A stretch of DNA of 64,000 nucleotides from Prochlorococcus sp. AG-388-A01 (GTDB taxonomy: Bacteria > Cyanobacteriota > Cyanobacteriia > PCC-6307 > Cyanobiaceae), in NCBI GenBank assembly GCA_003279945.1, contig QCGK01000001.1, positions 114,211 through 178,210 of the forward strand, written 5' to 3'. Numbering within the stretch: the stretch's first letter is position 1; each line of letters opens with the position of its first letter. A model generated the notes under the pieces. It was not told the DNA's origin and did no database searches. It saw only the letters and a program-made list of their open reading frames with translations. A program made the translations under genes and the position numbers. This document shows positions 11,502-20,829 of the stretch, one piece after another.

Positions 11502-11654
11502 TTAATCATCATGATCGTCCCAAGGGTCTGTAAGCTTTGCCGCTTTAGGTCCAAATGCAGTCCAAAGACCAAAACCTGTTAAAGCTAGAAGTATTGCCAG
11601 AATTGTTACTGCTATGGAAACTGCTGGATCTGGAGCAGATGATAAAGTTTGCAT
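11502..11654 (-). CDS. psbN: Photosystem II assembly protein PsbN
   Basis: Below ORF cutoff; MQTLSSAPDPAVSIAVTILAILLALTGFGLWTAFGPKAAKLTDPWDDHDD, divergent from psbH. Confidence 0.95.
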   Translation of the reverse strand: MQTLSSAPDPAVSIAVTILAILLALTGFGLWTAFGPKAAKLTDPWDDHDD

Positions 11655-11734
11655 CAATTTTGCTAAGTTTGTAAACAAATTATGTATAAGCTCTTATACA
11701 ATAGCGAAATAATATTCGATTTAGTGAATTCAAC

Positions 11735-11935
11735 ATGGGTCAAAAAACAGCATTAGGAAGTCTTTTAAAAGCAATTGGCAATTCAGGTCAAGGAAAAGTT
11801 GTACCTGGCTGGGGAGCAGTTCCTGTAATGACAATCATAGGTCTACTACTTCTAGTTTTTTTAGTTATTCTTCTACAAATTTATAACCAATCCCTACTAC
11901 TACAAGGTTTCTCGGTAGATTGGAACGGAAACTAA
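11735..11935 (+). CDS. psbH: Photosystem II protein PsbH
   Basis: [17 protein letters not shown]. Confidence 0.96.
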   Translation: MGQKTALGSLLKAIGNSGQGKVVPGWGAVPVMTIIGLLLLVFLVILLQIYNQSLLLQGFSVDWNGN

Positions 11936-12074
11936 ATTTCTGAAACTCTTTAAAAGTTAAATAATTCATCTAAAATATTAGGGACAAACTTTTTGTGAAT
12001 TTTGTTTAATTTACATAGTTCTAGTCTTTTTTAATATCAATAATTTTCAATGAAAAGAGATTTAGAAATAAATT

Positions 12075-12677
12075 ATGAATGAAATATACTTAGTTGGATT
12101 AGGAAATCCTGGCAAAAAATATTCAAAAAATAGGCATAATATAGGTTTTCTAATGCTCGAAAATCTCTCAAAAAAATACAATTCAAATTTTTTATTAAAA
12201 AATAAACTTAAAAGTTCCTTCGCTGAATTCAAATTAAATGATTCTACTTACAGGTTATTTTTACCGACTACTTATATGAATAATAGTGGTGATGCTGTCC
12301 TAGCAATAGTAGATTGGTACAAAATCAGCTTAGATAAGATTTTTATAATAGTAGATGATAAAGATCTTCCCCTCGGGAAAATAAGATTCAGAAAAAAGGG
12401 TGGCTCAGGTGGACATAATGGGCTTAAAAGCATCATTGAAAAATTAAAAACTGACAACTTTAATAGAATAAGAATTGGTATTGGGTCACCTCCATCAATA
12501 GAGGGAACAAAGGATTTTAATACTATTTCTCATGTATTAGGCAATATTTCCTCAGAAGAAAAATCAATTTTAGATAAAGTAAATAAGAGGGTAATAGAAT
12601 CTCTCGAACAACTAAATATTAAAAAAGAAGAATATATAATGAGTGAATTAAATTCTTTTGATAAAGATAAAATTTAA
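12075..12677 (+). CDS. pth: Peptidyl-tRNA hydrolase
   Basis: GLGNPG, RHNIGF, GGHNGLKSI. Confidence 0.97.
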   Translation: MNEIYLVGLGNPGKKYSKNRHNIGFLMLENLSKKYNSNFLLKNKLKSSFAEFKLNDSTYRLFLPTTYMNNSGDAVLAIVDWYKISLDKIFIIVDDKDLPLGKIRFRKKGGSGGHNGLKSIIEKLKTDNFNRIRIGIGSPPSIEGTKDFNTISHVLGNISSEEKSILDKVNKRVIESLEQLNIKKEEYIMSELNSFDKDKI

Positions 12678-12680
12678 CAA

Positions 12681-12938
12681 ATGCGTTCAAAACCAGAAAC
12701 TATAGCAAATGTAAGTGTAAAAGAATATTGCTTCTCAAAAAAGCAAATTAAGGGCGTTGTGAAAGCTAGTCAATTTAAATGGACTTTTACTTGGTCTTTT
12801 AATAAGGGTTTATTATTTGTGCATCCTCCTTTGGGAAGAGCTTTAATTGAAGATGCTTTGTTAAGATTTTTATTGAAAAAAGATTATCAACTAGAAGCAG
12901 GTAATGAATATAATTTCACTATTTCAGCCAAGTTTTAA
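12681..12938 (+). CDS. DUF3146-like protein
   Basis: PPLGRALI motif; pth-linked position. Confidence 0.75.
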   Translation: MRSKPETIANVSVKEYCFSKKQIKGVVKASQFKWTFTWSFNKGLLFVHPPLGRALIEDALLRFLLKKDYQLEAGNEYNFTISAKF

Positions 12939-13356
12939 AATCTAAATTTTGATTCAAAGTAAACTTTATTTTGCAATAATCCTCTAAAATTATCAGAGCT
13001 GATATCGCATCAAGGTTTTTATTAAGAATAAAAACTTCCCTAGGAATTAAAAACTTCAATCCGCTAATTGGAAAAAGTTGAAAATATCTTTCTTTTGCTC
13101 TATAAGTAGTATTTTTTTCTTCAAAAGTTATTATTTCTTTTGTAAAAAAATCCAGTTTACTTCTTATCTCATTACTGGTTGTTCCGTTACCAATAATAAT
13201 TTTTGATATATCTTCATAGATATTTAAATTCCTTACATAATCCTCAAGTAATTCACTCTTAAGAATGATGGCTTTATGAACTTTTTTTTCACTTATTTCA
13301 GCTAAAACCAAACCACATTTGAATTTACCAGGATCGATAGATATTAATTTAGACAT
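12919..13356 (-). CDS. YqgF/RuvX-like RNase H-fold protein
   Basis: IDPGKFKCG, IGNGTTS, EKNTT, DAISALIILE. Confidence 0.8.
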   Translation of the reverse strand: MSKLISIDPGKFKCGLVLAEISEKKVHKAIILKSELLEDYVRNLNIYEDISKIIIGNGTTSNEIRSKLDFFTKEIITFEEKNTTYRAKERYFQLFPISGLKFLIPREVFILNKNLDAISALIILEDYCKIKFTLNQNLDFKTWLK

Positions 13357-13362
13357 ACAAAA

Positions 13363-14340
13363 CTAAATTTTAGTAATATTCAATTCAACTATAATTGGGT
13401 CTGCAGTTTTACTATTTCTTAAAGACACAACCTCTAAAAGATATTTATTAGTTTGATTTATCTCTAGAGAATCTCTAATTTTTTTAATAAAGTCCCCCCT
13501 TGTATTTATTTCGTTAACAATTGATCCTCTTAACTTAATTTTGTCTCTAGTTTTTCTCAACAGGGTTTTAATTTTTGAATTTATATTTTTATAATCAAGA
13601 TCTTTTTTTTCAAGAATTTCGCTTGTAATAACTTCTCGTTTTCTTACAATTATTTTATTTTGAAGCAATTCCGGGTATACAATAACAAAATTATCTCCTT
13701 TCAAAACATTAGTTGCTGATTTAATCGATATAATCCAATCCCCCTCTTTTGAGGTAACTTCTTCAATATAAGAAATATCACTAGGTCTCCACAAAAGTAT
13801 ATTTTTTATTTCTTTTTTATTAGGTATTACAATTTTCTGAACATACCTATCAGCACTATTGTAAATCTTTCCTAGCTCTAATTTTATATTTGGACTAGAA
13901 GTTACTTGTGCAATAAATAAAGTTTGGTCTCTTTTAATAACTACATTTCCTCTTCTAAATTCATTAACATCATTCTTGAGTTTATTTAATTCTTTTTCTT
14001 TAACAATAATCTTATCTTCAAGCTTATCCATTTCTTCCTGCAAAGGAATAAGGGCCTTTTTACTCTCGTCCAAAGTTTTCTGTAAAAAAGGAATGTCAAC
14101 AAAAAGTCTTTGCCTGAATTCTTCACTAACTAAGATCAATAATCCTATGGATATTGCACTAATAAACCCTCCAGTTATTATTGTTACTATAGCTGCTGTT
14201 TTCTTTGGTCTAAGTTTTAAAATACTAAATCTTGCTTTACCTATTTTTGTACCTAGCAGATCCCCAAATGGCGCAATTAATCCTCCGAGTAATATTAAAA
14301 AAACAATTAAAATCCAGGCCACACTATTTAATGTATTCAA
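13363..14340 (-). CDS. DUF3084 membrane-anchored coiled-coil protein
   Basis: GDLLGTKIGKARFS..LRPKKTA, two TM helices then coiled coil; downstream of ntcA. Confidence 0.8.
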   Translation of the reverse strand: MNTLNSVAWILIVFLILLGGLIAPFGDLLGTKIGKARFSILKLRPKKTAAIVTIITGGFISAISIGLLILVSEEFRQRLFVDIPFLQKTLDESKKALIPLQEEMDKLEDKIIVKEKELNKLKNDVNEFRRGNVVIKRDQTLFIAQVTSSPNIKLELGKIYNSADRYVQKIVIPNKKEIKNILLWRPSDISYIEEVTSKEGDWIISIKSATNVLKGDNFVIVYPELLQNKIIVRKREVITSEILEKKDLDYKNINSKIKTLLRKTRDKIKLRGSIVNEINTRGDFIKKIRDSLEINQTNKYLLEVVSLRNSKTADPIIVELNITKI

Positions 14341-14361
14341 TACATCATAGTTAATGATGAA

Positions 14362-15096
14362 TCAATTAAATCTTTTTGCAAGAGCTATTGGGTCAAATAC
14401 TGTAATCTTTTTTCTTTCAATATTGAGGAGACCCGAATCCTTTAAATCCCCCAATAATCTTGTAATCGTTACTCTTGTTGAACCAATAGCTTCAGCAATA
14501 GCTTGATGAGAAAGTCTTAAATCTATCGTAATACCCTTTTCACTTGCAACTCCAAAGTCTCTGCATAGAACCATTAAAAAGCTTACTAAACGAGAAGACA
14601 TATCTCTATGAGTGAGCGTTTCTATCATTGTTTCTGTTTGTAGGATCCTACTTGAAAGACCTTGCAACAATAAAAGTCCCACCGATGCATCTTCTTCTAT
14701 TGCTCTTAAAACAGAATTAGCAGGTGCTGTTATCATTTCAACTCTTGTGAATGCTATAGCATGATAAAAACGATCAGATCTGTGGCCTGTTAGAAGAGAT
14801 AAAACACCAAAAAGACTATTTTCTCTTAATAGAGCAACTGTTATCTCTTCACCGGACTCATAAACTCTTGACAACCTTACTGCTCCTCTTCTTATCAGGT
14901 AAACCCTTTCAGCAGGATCCCCAGGGAAAAATATTGTTTTGGATCTTTCAACCATCTCTGTACTTGCGCCCTCAAGACCTTTAATTACTTCCATTAAAGT
15001 TCTATTGATTGGAAAACGTTCTCCAACAGAGTTAATTTTACTTTGTCCGGTTTGTTGAGAACTAAAGCGGCTGAATCCTCGAGAAGAAGGTATCAT
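14362..15096 (-). CDS. ntcA: Global nitrogen regulator NtcA
   Basis: CRP family; [40 protein letters not shown]. Confidence 0.98.
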   Translation of the reverse strand: MIPSSRGFSRFSSQQTGQSKINSVGERFPINRTLMEVIKGLEGASTEMVERSKTIFFPGDPAERVYLIRRGAVRLSRVYESGEEITVALLRENSLFGVLSLLTGHRSDRFYHAIAFTRVEMITAPANSVLRAIEEDASVGLLLLQGLSSRILQTETMIETLTHRDMSSRLVSFLMVLCRDFGVASEKGITIDLRLSHQAIAEAIGSTRVTITRLLGDLKDSGLLNIERKKITVFDPIALAKRFN

Positions 15097-15116
15097 AAAT
15101 ATCTTGACTATTAAAA

Positions 15117-15159
15117 AATTTAAGAAGGCACATTAAAATTTCTTGTATCAACAGTAACA
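15117..15159 (-). promoter_or_regulatory. NtcA autoregulatory site with -10 box
   Basis: Minus strand TGTTACTGTTGATACA (15159-15144; GTT-N8-TAC); TAAATT 22 nt downstream (15122-15117). Confidence 0.75.
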
Positions 15160-15237
15160 ATTTTCAATTCTTATTAGTTTCTCTATAAATGTTTTTCAGC
15201 TCGTTTAAACTTTCTCAAAGTTTTTTTAAGTAAAATT

Positions 15238-15284
15238 ACACTATATGCAGTGTAAATAAATTCAAATTATACTGCATGTAGTTA
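15238..15284 (+). promoter_or_regulatory. Tandem NrdR-like boxes
   Basis: acactatatgcagtgt (15238-15253) and atactgcatgtagtta (15269-15284), 31 bp apart, resembling acaCwAtATaTwGtgt; upstream of dcd and thyX. Confidence 0.72.
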
Positions 15285-15299
15285 AAGAAATCTAAAATA

Positions 15300-15881
15300 A
15301 TGGTAGTTAGTTCATCTAATAATTATTATAAAAGTAACCCCGATGTTATAAAAATAAGTTCATCTAATAAATTAAATCTTAAAAGATTTACACAAAACGG
15401 ACAAATCCAAATTTATCAATCTTCCTATAGAGGAAGTTATTCTTCTATCATAAGAGATTCTCTAAGAAATGCTGCTTTAGGTAGGAAGGTTCTGTTAGTG
15501 CAATTTATGAAGGGAGGTGTTAAACAAGGGTTAGCTAATTCAGTAAAGCTTTGTGGTAAATTGACTTGGGTAAGATCATCACATTCCTTTGATCAATATC
15601 CTTCTAAAGAAATTGAAAATAATAAAAATTTAAAAAAATCTATTCATGAATCTATTGGTGAATTATGGAATTTTTGCAAAAATGAATTACTTTCTGGTGA
15701 AAATGATCAAATCATACTTGATGAAATTTTTCTCGCAATTAAGATGAAAATTATTGATAAGGATGATTTGATTTCAACACTTGAAAACCGATTTATATCA
15801 GGAGATGTAATTCTTACTGGTACAGATATTCCTAAAGATTTATTATTAATGGCCAACCAAATTACCGAACTTCGCTCATAA
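15300..15881 (+). CDS. CobO/BtuR-family corrinoid adenosyltransferase-like protein with degenerate P-loop
   Basis: VQFMKGG, IILDEI, VILTG motifs; GxGKGKTT absent. Confidence 0.8.
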   Translation: MVVSSSNNYYKSNPDVIKISSSNKLNLKRFTQNGQIQIYQSSYRGSYSSIIRDSLRNAALGRKVLLVQFMKGGVKQGLANSVKLCGKLTWVRSSHSFDQYPSKEIENNKNLKKSIHESIGELWNFCKNELLSGENDQIILDEIFLAIKMKIIDKDDLISTLENRFISGDVILTGTDIPKDLLLMANQITELRS

Positions 15882-15885
15882 AACA

Positions 15886-16479
15886 ATGCTTAAAAATGAT
15901 CTCTGGATAAATCAACAAGCTTCCGAAGGGATGATAAATCCCTTCCAATCTAATTTGGTAAGGCATCTTGAACCTGATAGTAAACAAAAGCCGGTTTTGA
16001 GTTACGGATGTTCCTCTTATGGCTATGATTTAAGACTTTCATCAAAAGAATTCCTAATTTTTAGACATATACCCGGGACTGTGATGAATCCCAAAAAATT
16101 TAATCCAGATAATTTAGAGAAAACTGTTCTTCACCATGATGATGATGGAGACTTTTTTATTCTTCCTGCTCACTCTTATGGTTTAGGGGTGGCCTTAGAG
16201 AAGATGAGGGTGCCAGAAAATATAACTGTAATTTGCATAGGGAAAAGTACTTACGCGAGATTAGGAATAATAGTTAATACAACACCAGCAGAAGCAGGAT
16301 GGGAAGGGCACCTAACTTTGGAGTTTAGTAATAGTTCAGGTGCAGATTGCAGAATTTACGCTAACGAGGGTATTTGTCAACTACTATTTTTTGAAGGTGA
16401 TCCTTGTTCTACAACATATGAAGATAGAAAAGGTAAATATCAAAATCAACCGGAAAAGGTAACTCTAGCAAAGATTTAA
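15886..16479 (+). CDS. dcd: dCTP deaminase
   Basis: SYGCSSYGYD, GKSTYAR, EAGWEG, GKYQNQ. Confidence 0.97.
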   Translation: MLKNDLWINQQASEGMINPFQSNLVRHLEPDSKQKPVLSYGCSSYGYDLRLSSKEFLIFRHIPGTVMNPKKFNPDNLEKTVLHHDDDGDFFILPAHSYGLGVALEKMRVPENITVICIGKSTYARLGIIVNTTPAEAGWEGHLTLEFSNSSGADCRIYANEGICQLLFFEGDPCSTTYEDRKGKYQNQPEKVTLAKI

Positions 16480-16480
16480 A

Positions 16481-17113
16481 ATGAGCAAAGTTGAACTTAT
16501 TTCGCTAACTCCTGATGCAGAAAAAACAATGGCTTATATTGCAAGAGTTAGTAATCCAAGCAACCAGAAAAATGAAGATTATTCAAAATTATTGAGTTAT
16601 TGCATTAAGAATGAACATTGGAGTGTCTTTGAACAGTCATTTATGACCCTTCAAATAGAAACCAATAGAGGAATTGCAGCTCAAATTTTAAGACATAGAT
16701 CATTTACTTTCCAGGAATTTTCGCAGAGATATGCAGATAGTTCTCAATTAGGGAATATTCCTTTGCCAGAGTTAAGAAGACAAGATTTTAAAAATAGGCA
16801 AAATTCAATACCTGATCTCCCTAATGAATTAAAAAAAAGATTTAATACAAAAATTGCTGCACATTTTAAAGCAGCTTCAGAATTATATGAAGATTTACTT
16901 TCTGAAGGAATAGCTAAAGAATGTGCGAGATTTGTTTTACCACTAGCAACTCCAACAAGAATATACATGTCTGGATCATGCAGATCTTGGATACATTATA
17001 TAAATTTAAGGTCAGCTCATGGCACTCAAAAAGAACACATGAATATAGCCGAAAATTGTAAGTCTATTTTTAAACAAAGTTTTCCAATTGTATCAAAATC
17101 TCTAAATTGGTAA
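16481..17113 (+). CDS. thyX: FAD-dependent thymidylate synthase
   Basis: HWSVFE, RHRSFTFQEFSQRY, KECARFVLP. Confidence 0.97.
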   Translation: MSKVELISLTPDAEKTMAYIARVSNPSNQKNEDYSKLLSYCIKNEHWSVFEQSFMTLQIETNRGIAAQILRHRSFTFQEFSQRYADSSQLGNIPLPELRRQDFKNRQNSIPDLPNELKKRFNTKIAAHFKAASELYEDLLSEGIAKECARFVLPLATPTRIYMSGSCRSWIHYINLRSAHGTQKEHMNIAENCKSIFKQSFPIVSKSLNW

Positions 17114-17119
17114 AAATTA

Positions 17120-17662
17120 TCAATGGGTCCGAGGATTAACCTTATGATTTTTATTTTCTTTTAATACTGAAAATTCAGCATTAAGAATTTCTTCATGAGA
17201 TTTTGCTACTTTATCTAATTGATCAATTGATTTTCTTATTTTTAATTCTTCTTGTTTACCAATAAAAGTAGACGTTAAATTACCTTTTTTATCAAAAAGA
17301 TTAACTTGAGGTATTCCATTTACCTGAAATTGTCTAATATAATTATCCCATTTTTGGTTATCAACATTTAAAAAAACAAAATTAATATCTTTTTCGTATT
17401 CATTTTTTAAAGCAGATACTTTTGGAGCCATTTCTTTGCAAACTTCGCACCACTCAGCATAAAATTCAAGGAAAGTAGGCTTATTATTTTTAAAAGCTAT
17501 TTCAGGGTCAACAGATAATTCTCCAAAACTCTTAAGTAGGTAAGTTGATTGAAAAAAGAGATTTCTAATCAAAACCAAAGAAATAATAACAACAGCAATA
17601 AGCAAAACAAGTATTGCTTTTAAATTTTTTTTTAAAAGTGGCTCTCTACTCTCAGATTGCAT
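17120..17662 (-). CDS. txlA: Membrane-anchored thioredoxin-like protein (TxlA/HCF164 type)
   Basis: N-terminal TM, EFYAEWCEVC. Confidence 0.8.
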   Translation of the reverse strand: MQSESREPLLKKNLKAILVLLIAVVIISLVLIRNLFFQSTYLLKSFGELSVDPEIAFKNNKPTFLEFYAEWCEVCKEMAPKVSALKNEYEKDINFVFLNVDNQKWDNYIRQFQVNGIPQVNLFDKKGNLTSTFIGKQEELKIRKSIDQLDKVAKSHEEILNAEFSVLKENKNHKVNPRTH

Positions 17663-17798
17663 TATAAATACGTACTATCTGTCATCATTTTAAATAAGTT
17701 AAACAAATATAGAGAATTTAAATCCATAACCTTTTAATCAACTGATAATATAATTATTAAATATTAATCAAAATATCTCATATTCCTGAAATCTAATT

Positions 17799-19151
17799 AT
17801 GCAATCAATCTTTGGAACTGATGGAATAAGAGGAACATTTAATGAAGAAATAACTTATTCTCTAGCCTACAAAGTTGGATATGCGCTAGGTTCAAATTTA
17901 GAAAATAATAACCCAATTTTAATTGGTAGAGACACAAGGATTAGTGGAGATGTTCTACTTCAGGCAATAACAAAAGGTATAAACAAAAGTGGTAAAAAAT
18001 TTATAAACCTTGGAATCTGCCCTACCCCAGCTATCCCTTATTTAATCAAAGAAAGGAAACTGAGTAGTGGAATAATGATATCTGCAAGTCATAATCCCCC
18101 AGAATATAATGGCATAAAAATATTTGATCATAATGGTCGAAAAATTACCAAGAATTTTGAAAATACAATTCAAAAATTTATTGAAGAGTCAGATCAAAAA
18201 ATATCTATGACTTCAAAAGAAATCAACTTAACAACAAATAAAGAACTTATGAAAATTTATATGAAAAGCCTAATCCAAACAATGGGCGGAGAAAACTTAA
18301 GCGGTATGAAAATTGTATTAGACACATGTTATGGATCCGCGACAACCTGCGCAAAAGAAATTTTTCAGAATCTTGGTGCTGATGTAAGAGTGATCAATAA
18401 CTCGAAAAATGGTTTAAAAATTAATAAGAATTGTGGTTCTACTAACCTTGAACCATTAAAAAAAGCCTTAAGAGAAAGTCCTGCAGATATGGGCTTTAGC
18501 TTCGATGGAGATGCCGATAGAGTAATTGGAGTAGATTCTAAAGGTAATGTATTGGATGGAGATCATATTCTTTTTCTATGGGGTAGAGAACTTATGGAAC
18601 AAAAAATTCTCACAAATAATTTACTAATATCAACTCAAATGGCGAATTTAGGTTTTGAAAGAGCTTGGAACAAAATTGGCGGAATTTTATTTAGAACTGA
18701 TGTAGGAGATAAATATGTTCATGACGCAATTAAGAAAAAACAAGCTGCTTTAGGAGGCGAGCAGTCAGGTCACATACTATCAAAAGTTAATAACTTTTCT
18801 GGAGATGGGATATTGACTGCACTTCAAATTTCTAAATACTGCAAGAAGAAAAATATTACTTTAAATGATTGGCTTAAAAGCAGTTTCGAACCCTTTCCCC
18901 AAAGGCTAACAAACCTCAATTTAGACTTTAATATTAATAAAATAAATTCAAAAACCAAAATTTTAATTGATCAAACTATAAAAAATTTTCAAACAATTTA
19001 TTCAGACAATTGTAGAATTTATATAAGGCCTAGCGGCACAGAGCCCTTAATGAGAATTCTTGTAGAGGCCCAAAATCAGAAGAAAGTTGATTCCTTATCA
19101 AACGAAATAACAAAGAAACTTTCTTTAGAAATTAATAAAATAATGCATTAA
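17799..19151 (+). CDS. glmM: Phosphoglucosamine mutase
   Basis: [36 protein letters not shown]. Confidence 0.95.
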   Translation: MQSIFGTDGIRGTFNEEITYSLAYKVGYALGSNLENNNPILIGRDTRISGDVLLQAITKGINKSGKKFINLGICPTPAIPYLIKERKLSSGIMISASHNPPEYNGIKIFDHNGRKITKNFENTIQKFIEESDQKISMTSKEINLTTNKELMKIYMKSLIQTMGGENLSGMKIVLDTCYGSATTCAKEIFQNLGADVRVINNSKNGLKINKNCGSTNLEPLKKALRESPADMGFSFDGDADRVIGVDSKGNVLDGDHILFLWGRELMEQKILTNNLLISTQMANLGFERAWNKIGGILFRTDVGDKYVHDAIKKKQAALGGEQSGHILSKVNNFSGDGILTALQISKYCKKKNITLNDWLKSSFEPFPQRLTNLNLDFNINKINSKTKILIDQTIKNFQTIYSDNCRIYIRPSGTEPLMRILVEAQNQKKVDSLSNEITKKLSLEINKIMH

Positions 19152-19158
19152 TTATTAA

Positions 19159-19788
19159 TCAGTTTTTTATATAAATCCTCTCAAAAATTTCAAGTTTATT
19201 ATCCATCACATACTTTTCCCTATTAGTTTTAACTTTATTTGGGTTAAAACTTCCGGAATAATTAAAATCCTTTTTATCTATTGTTTTAAAATTTAAATTA
19301 CTTGATATGGTGCCATCCATATAATCAAATAAATCCTTTACATCAGTTTTAATTAAAATTAGTGATCCTTTTTGCAATGAATTTGAGATTATATTAATGA
19401 ACTCTGGCTGAATTACACGCCTTTTATAATGTTTTTTTTTAAACCACGGATCCGGAAAATTAAAAGAAATACTTTTTACATTTTCGATAATAAATTTACA
19501 CTGGATATCATTCAAAATGTTATTAGCATTCCCGAAAATAAAATATAAATTTTTGATTTCTCCTTCCTGTACTTTTAATTTAGCAGTTTTAACTAATCTC
19601 TCACGGATTTCAATTCCTAAATAATTCCAACTGTTATTAACTAAAGCTAAATCGAATAGAAACTGCCCAGCAGCACAACCTATATCCAAATGAAGATTCA
19701 ATTTAGAATCACCAAACATTTCAATCAAGGGGGGGATCTTCTCAATTACCTTGAAATTTCTATTAAGCGGATTAACATGCTGTCTCAT
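19159..19788 (-). CDS. trmB: tRNA m7G46 methyltransferase
   Basis: [27 protein letters not shown]. Confidence 0.95.
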   Translation of the reverse strand: MRQHVNPLNRNFKVIEKIPPLIEMFGDSKLNLHLDIGCAAGQFLFDLALVNNSWNYLGIEIRERLVKTAKLKVQEGEIKNLYFIFGNANNILNDIQCKFIIENVKSISFNFPDPWFKKKHYKRRVIQPEFINIISNSLQKGSLILIKTDVKDLFDYMDGTISSNLNFKTIDKKDFNYSGSFNPNKVKTNREKYVMDNKLEIFERIYIKN

Positions 19789-19910
19789 ACAAATATTAGT
19801 TTATTTCTGGTCAACAATATAAAGATGCATAATATTCATAACTATGACAATAGTAAGTTAAAAAGTGACAGTTTGATGTTTAATTATTATGTACATAAAA
19901 AGAAAAAGTT

Positions 19911-20534
19911 TTGAACGTTTTTAATCAACTTTCTATTTGGCTATCTTTTCAACTTTCAATAATTTTCCTTATTGGTATTCCAGTTACATTATTTTTTTGG
20001 TCAATTATAAAAAGAAATAAAGCTGTAAATAAACTTCTTTCAATTTATTGGAAAATATCCCTTTTATTTTTTATAAGCCTTTTACTTTTAATAGGAAAGT
20101 ATAATTATGCACTAGTAATAACAAATATTTCAACGTTATTAATGACTATTTCAGTTTGGTTTTGGAACGATATTAATGATGAATTAAAAGAATATGATTT
20201 TTCTTACTCACTTGCTACAACGACAAAAGTATGGAGATGGTCTATAACGTTTTTATCTCTACATTTTTTAACTCAAAGTTTACTAAAATATAGTTGCTTT
20301 TCTTTTCTTAATTCAGCTGCATGTGAAGTATGGCTTCAGCCTTCTTCAAATTTCTATATTATTATCAAAAGTTTTTTTAATTTTTTCTTCGGAGCTAACT
20401 TTACTCAGCCGATAGCCAAATTTTTAGGATTATTTTCATTATTAATATATACTTTAGGCTTGATTCAATGGTCAATCATTAAATTACCTAAAAGTGGAAG
20501 AAACTCTTGCTTTTCCGAAAATGGTAGAAATTAA
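19911..20534 (+). CDS. DUF3177-like membrane protein
   Basis: Multi-TM; IYWKIS, WFWNDINDEL. Confidence 0.75.
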   Translation: MNVFNQLSIWLSFQLSIIFLIGIPVTLFFWSIIKRNKAVNKLLSIYWKISLLFFISLLLLIGKYNYALVITNISTLLMTISVWFWNDINDELKEYDFSYSLATTTKVWRWSITFLSLHFLTQSLLKYSCFSFLNSAACEVWLQPSSNFYIIIKSFFNFFFGANFTQPIAKFLGLFSLLIYTLGLIQWSIIKLPKSGRNSCFSENGRN

Positions 20535-20829
20535 TTTAATAAATAGTCTAGAAAAAATAAGTTCCATGATGCCGAATAGGATTCTTAAAGTAGAAGGATA
20601 TATATTAAAAGAAGATCGCAAAGAACAATTAGAAATAATTATTTTCAAAGGTTTCAGTAGCTCTACCACCCATCCAATTGAAATAGATTTAGAAAAAAAA
20701 GTAATAGAATTTAATTATAGAATTACAAACTATAGACTTTACAAGGCACCCTTTCCAGAAACCAAAGATAACTTAATAAGAGAAAATAAAAATTCAGTTT
20801 TCTTTTTAAATCAAAAAAACTGGATTTAA
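20494..20829 (+). CDS. Conserved cyanobacterial hypothetical protein (start possibly ATG 20521)
   Basis: IIFKGFSSS motif. Confidence 0.7.
   Translation: MEETLAFPKMVEINLINSLEKISSMMPNRILKVEGYILKEDRKEQLEIIIFKGFSSSTTHPIEIDLEKKVIEFNYRITNYRLYKAPFPETKDNLIRENKNSVFFLNQKNWI

Noticed and set aside
11936-12074. tatA remnant between psbH and pth
   Set aside because: Position fits recalled synteny, but no open frame or recognisable TatA motif
19690-19914. 74-aa ORF overlapping trmB start
   Set aside because: Antisense and promoter-spanning, no protein-like features
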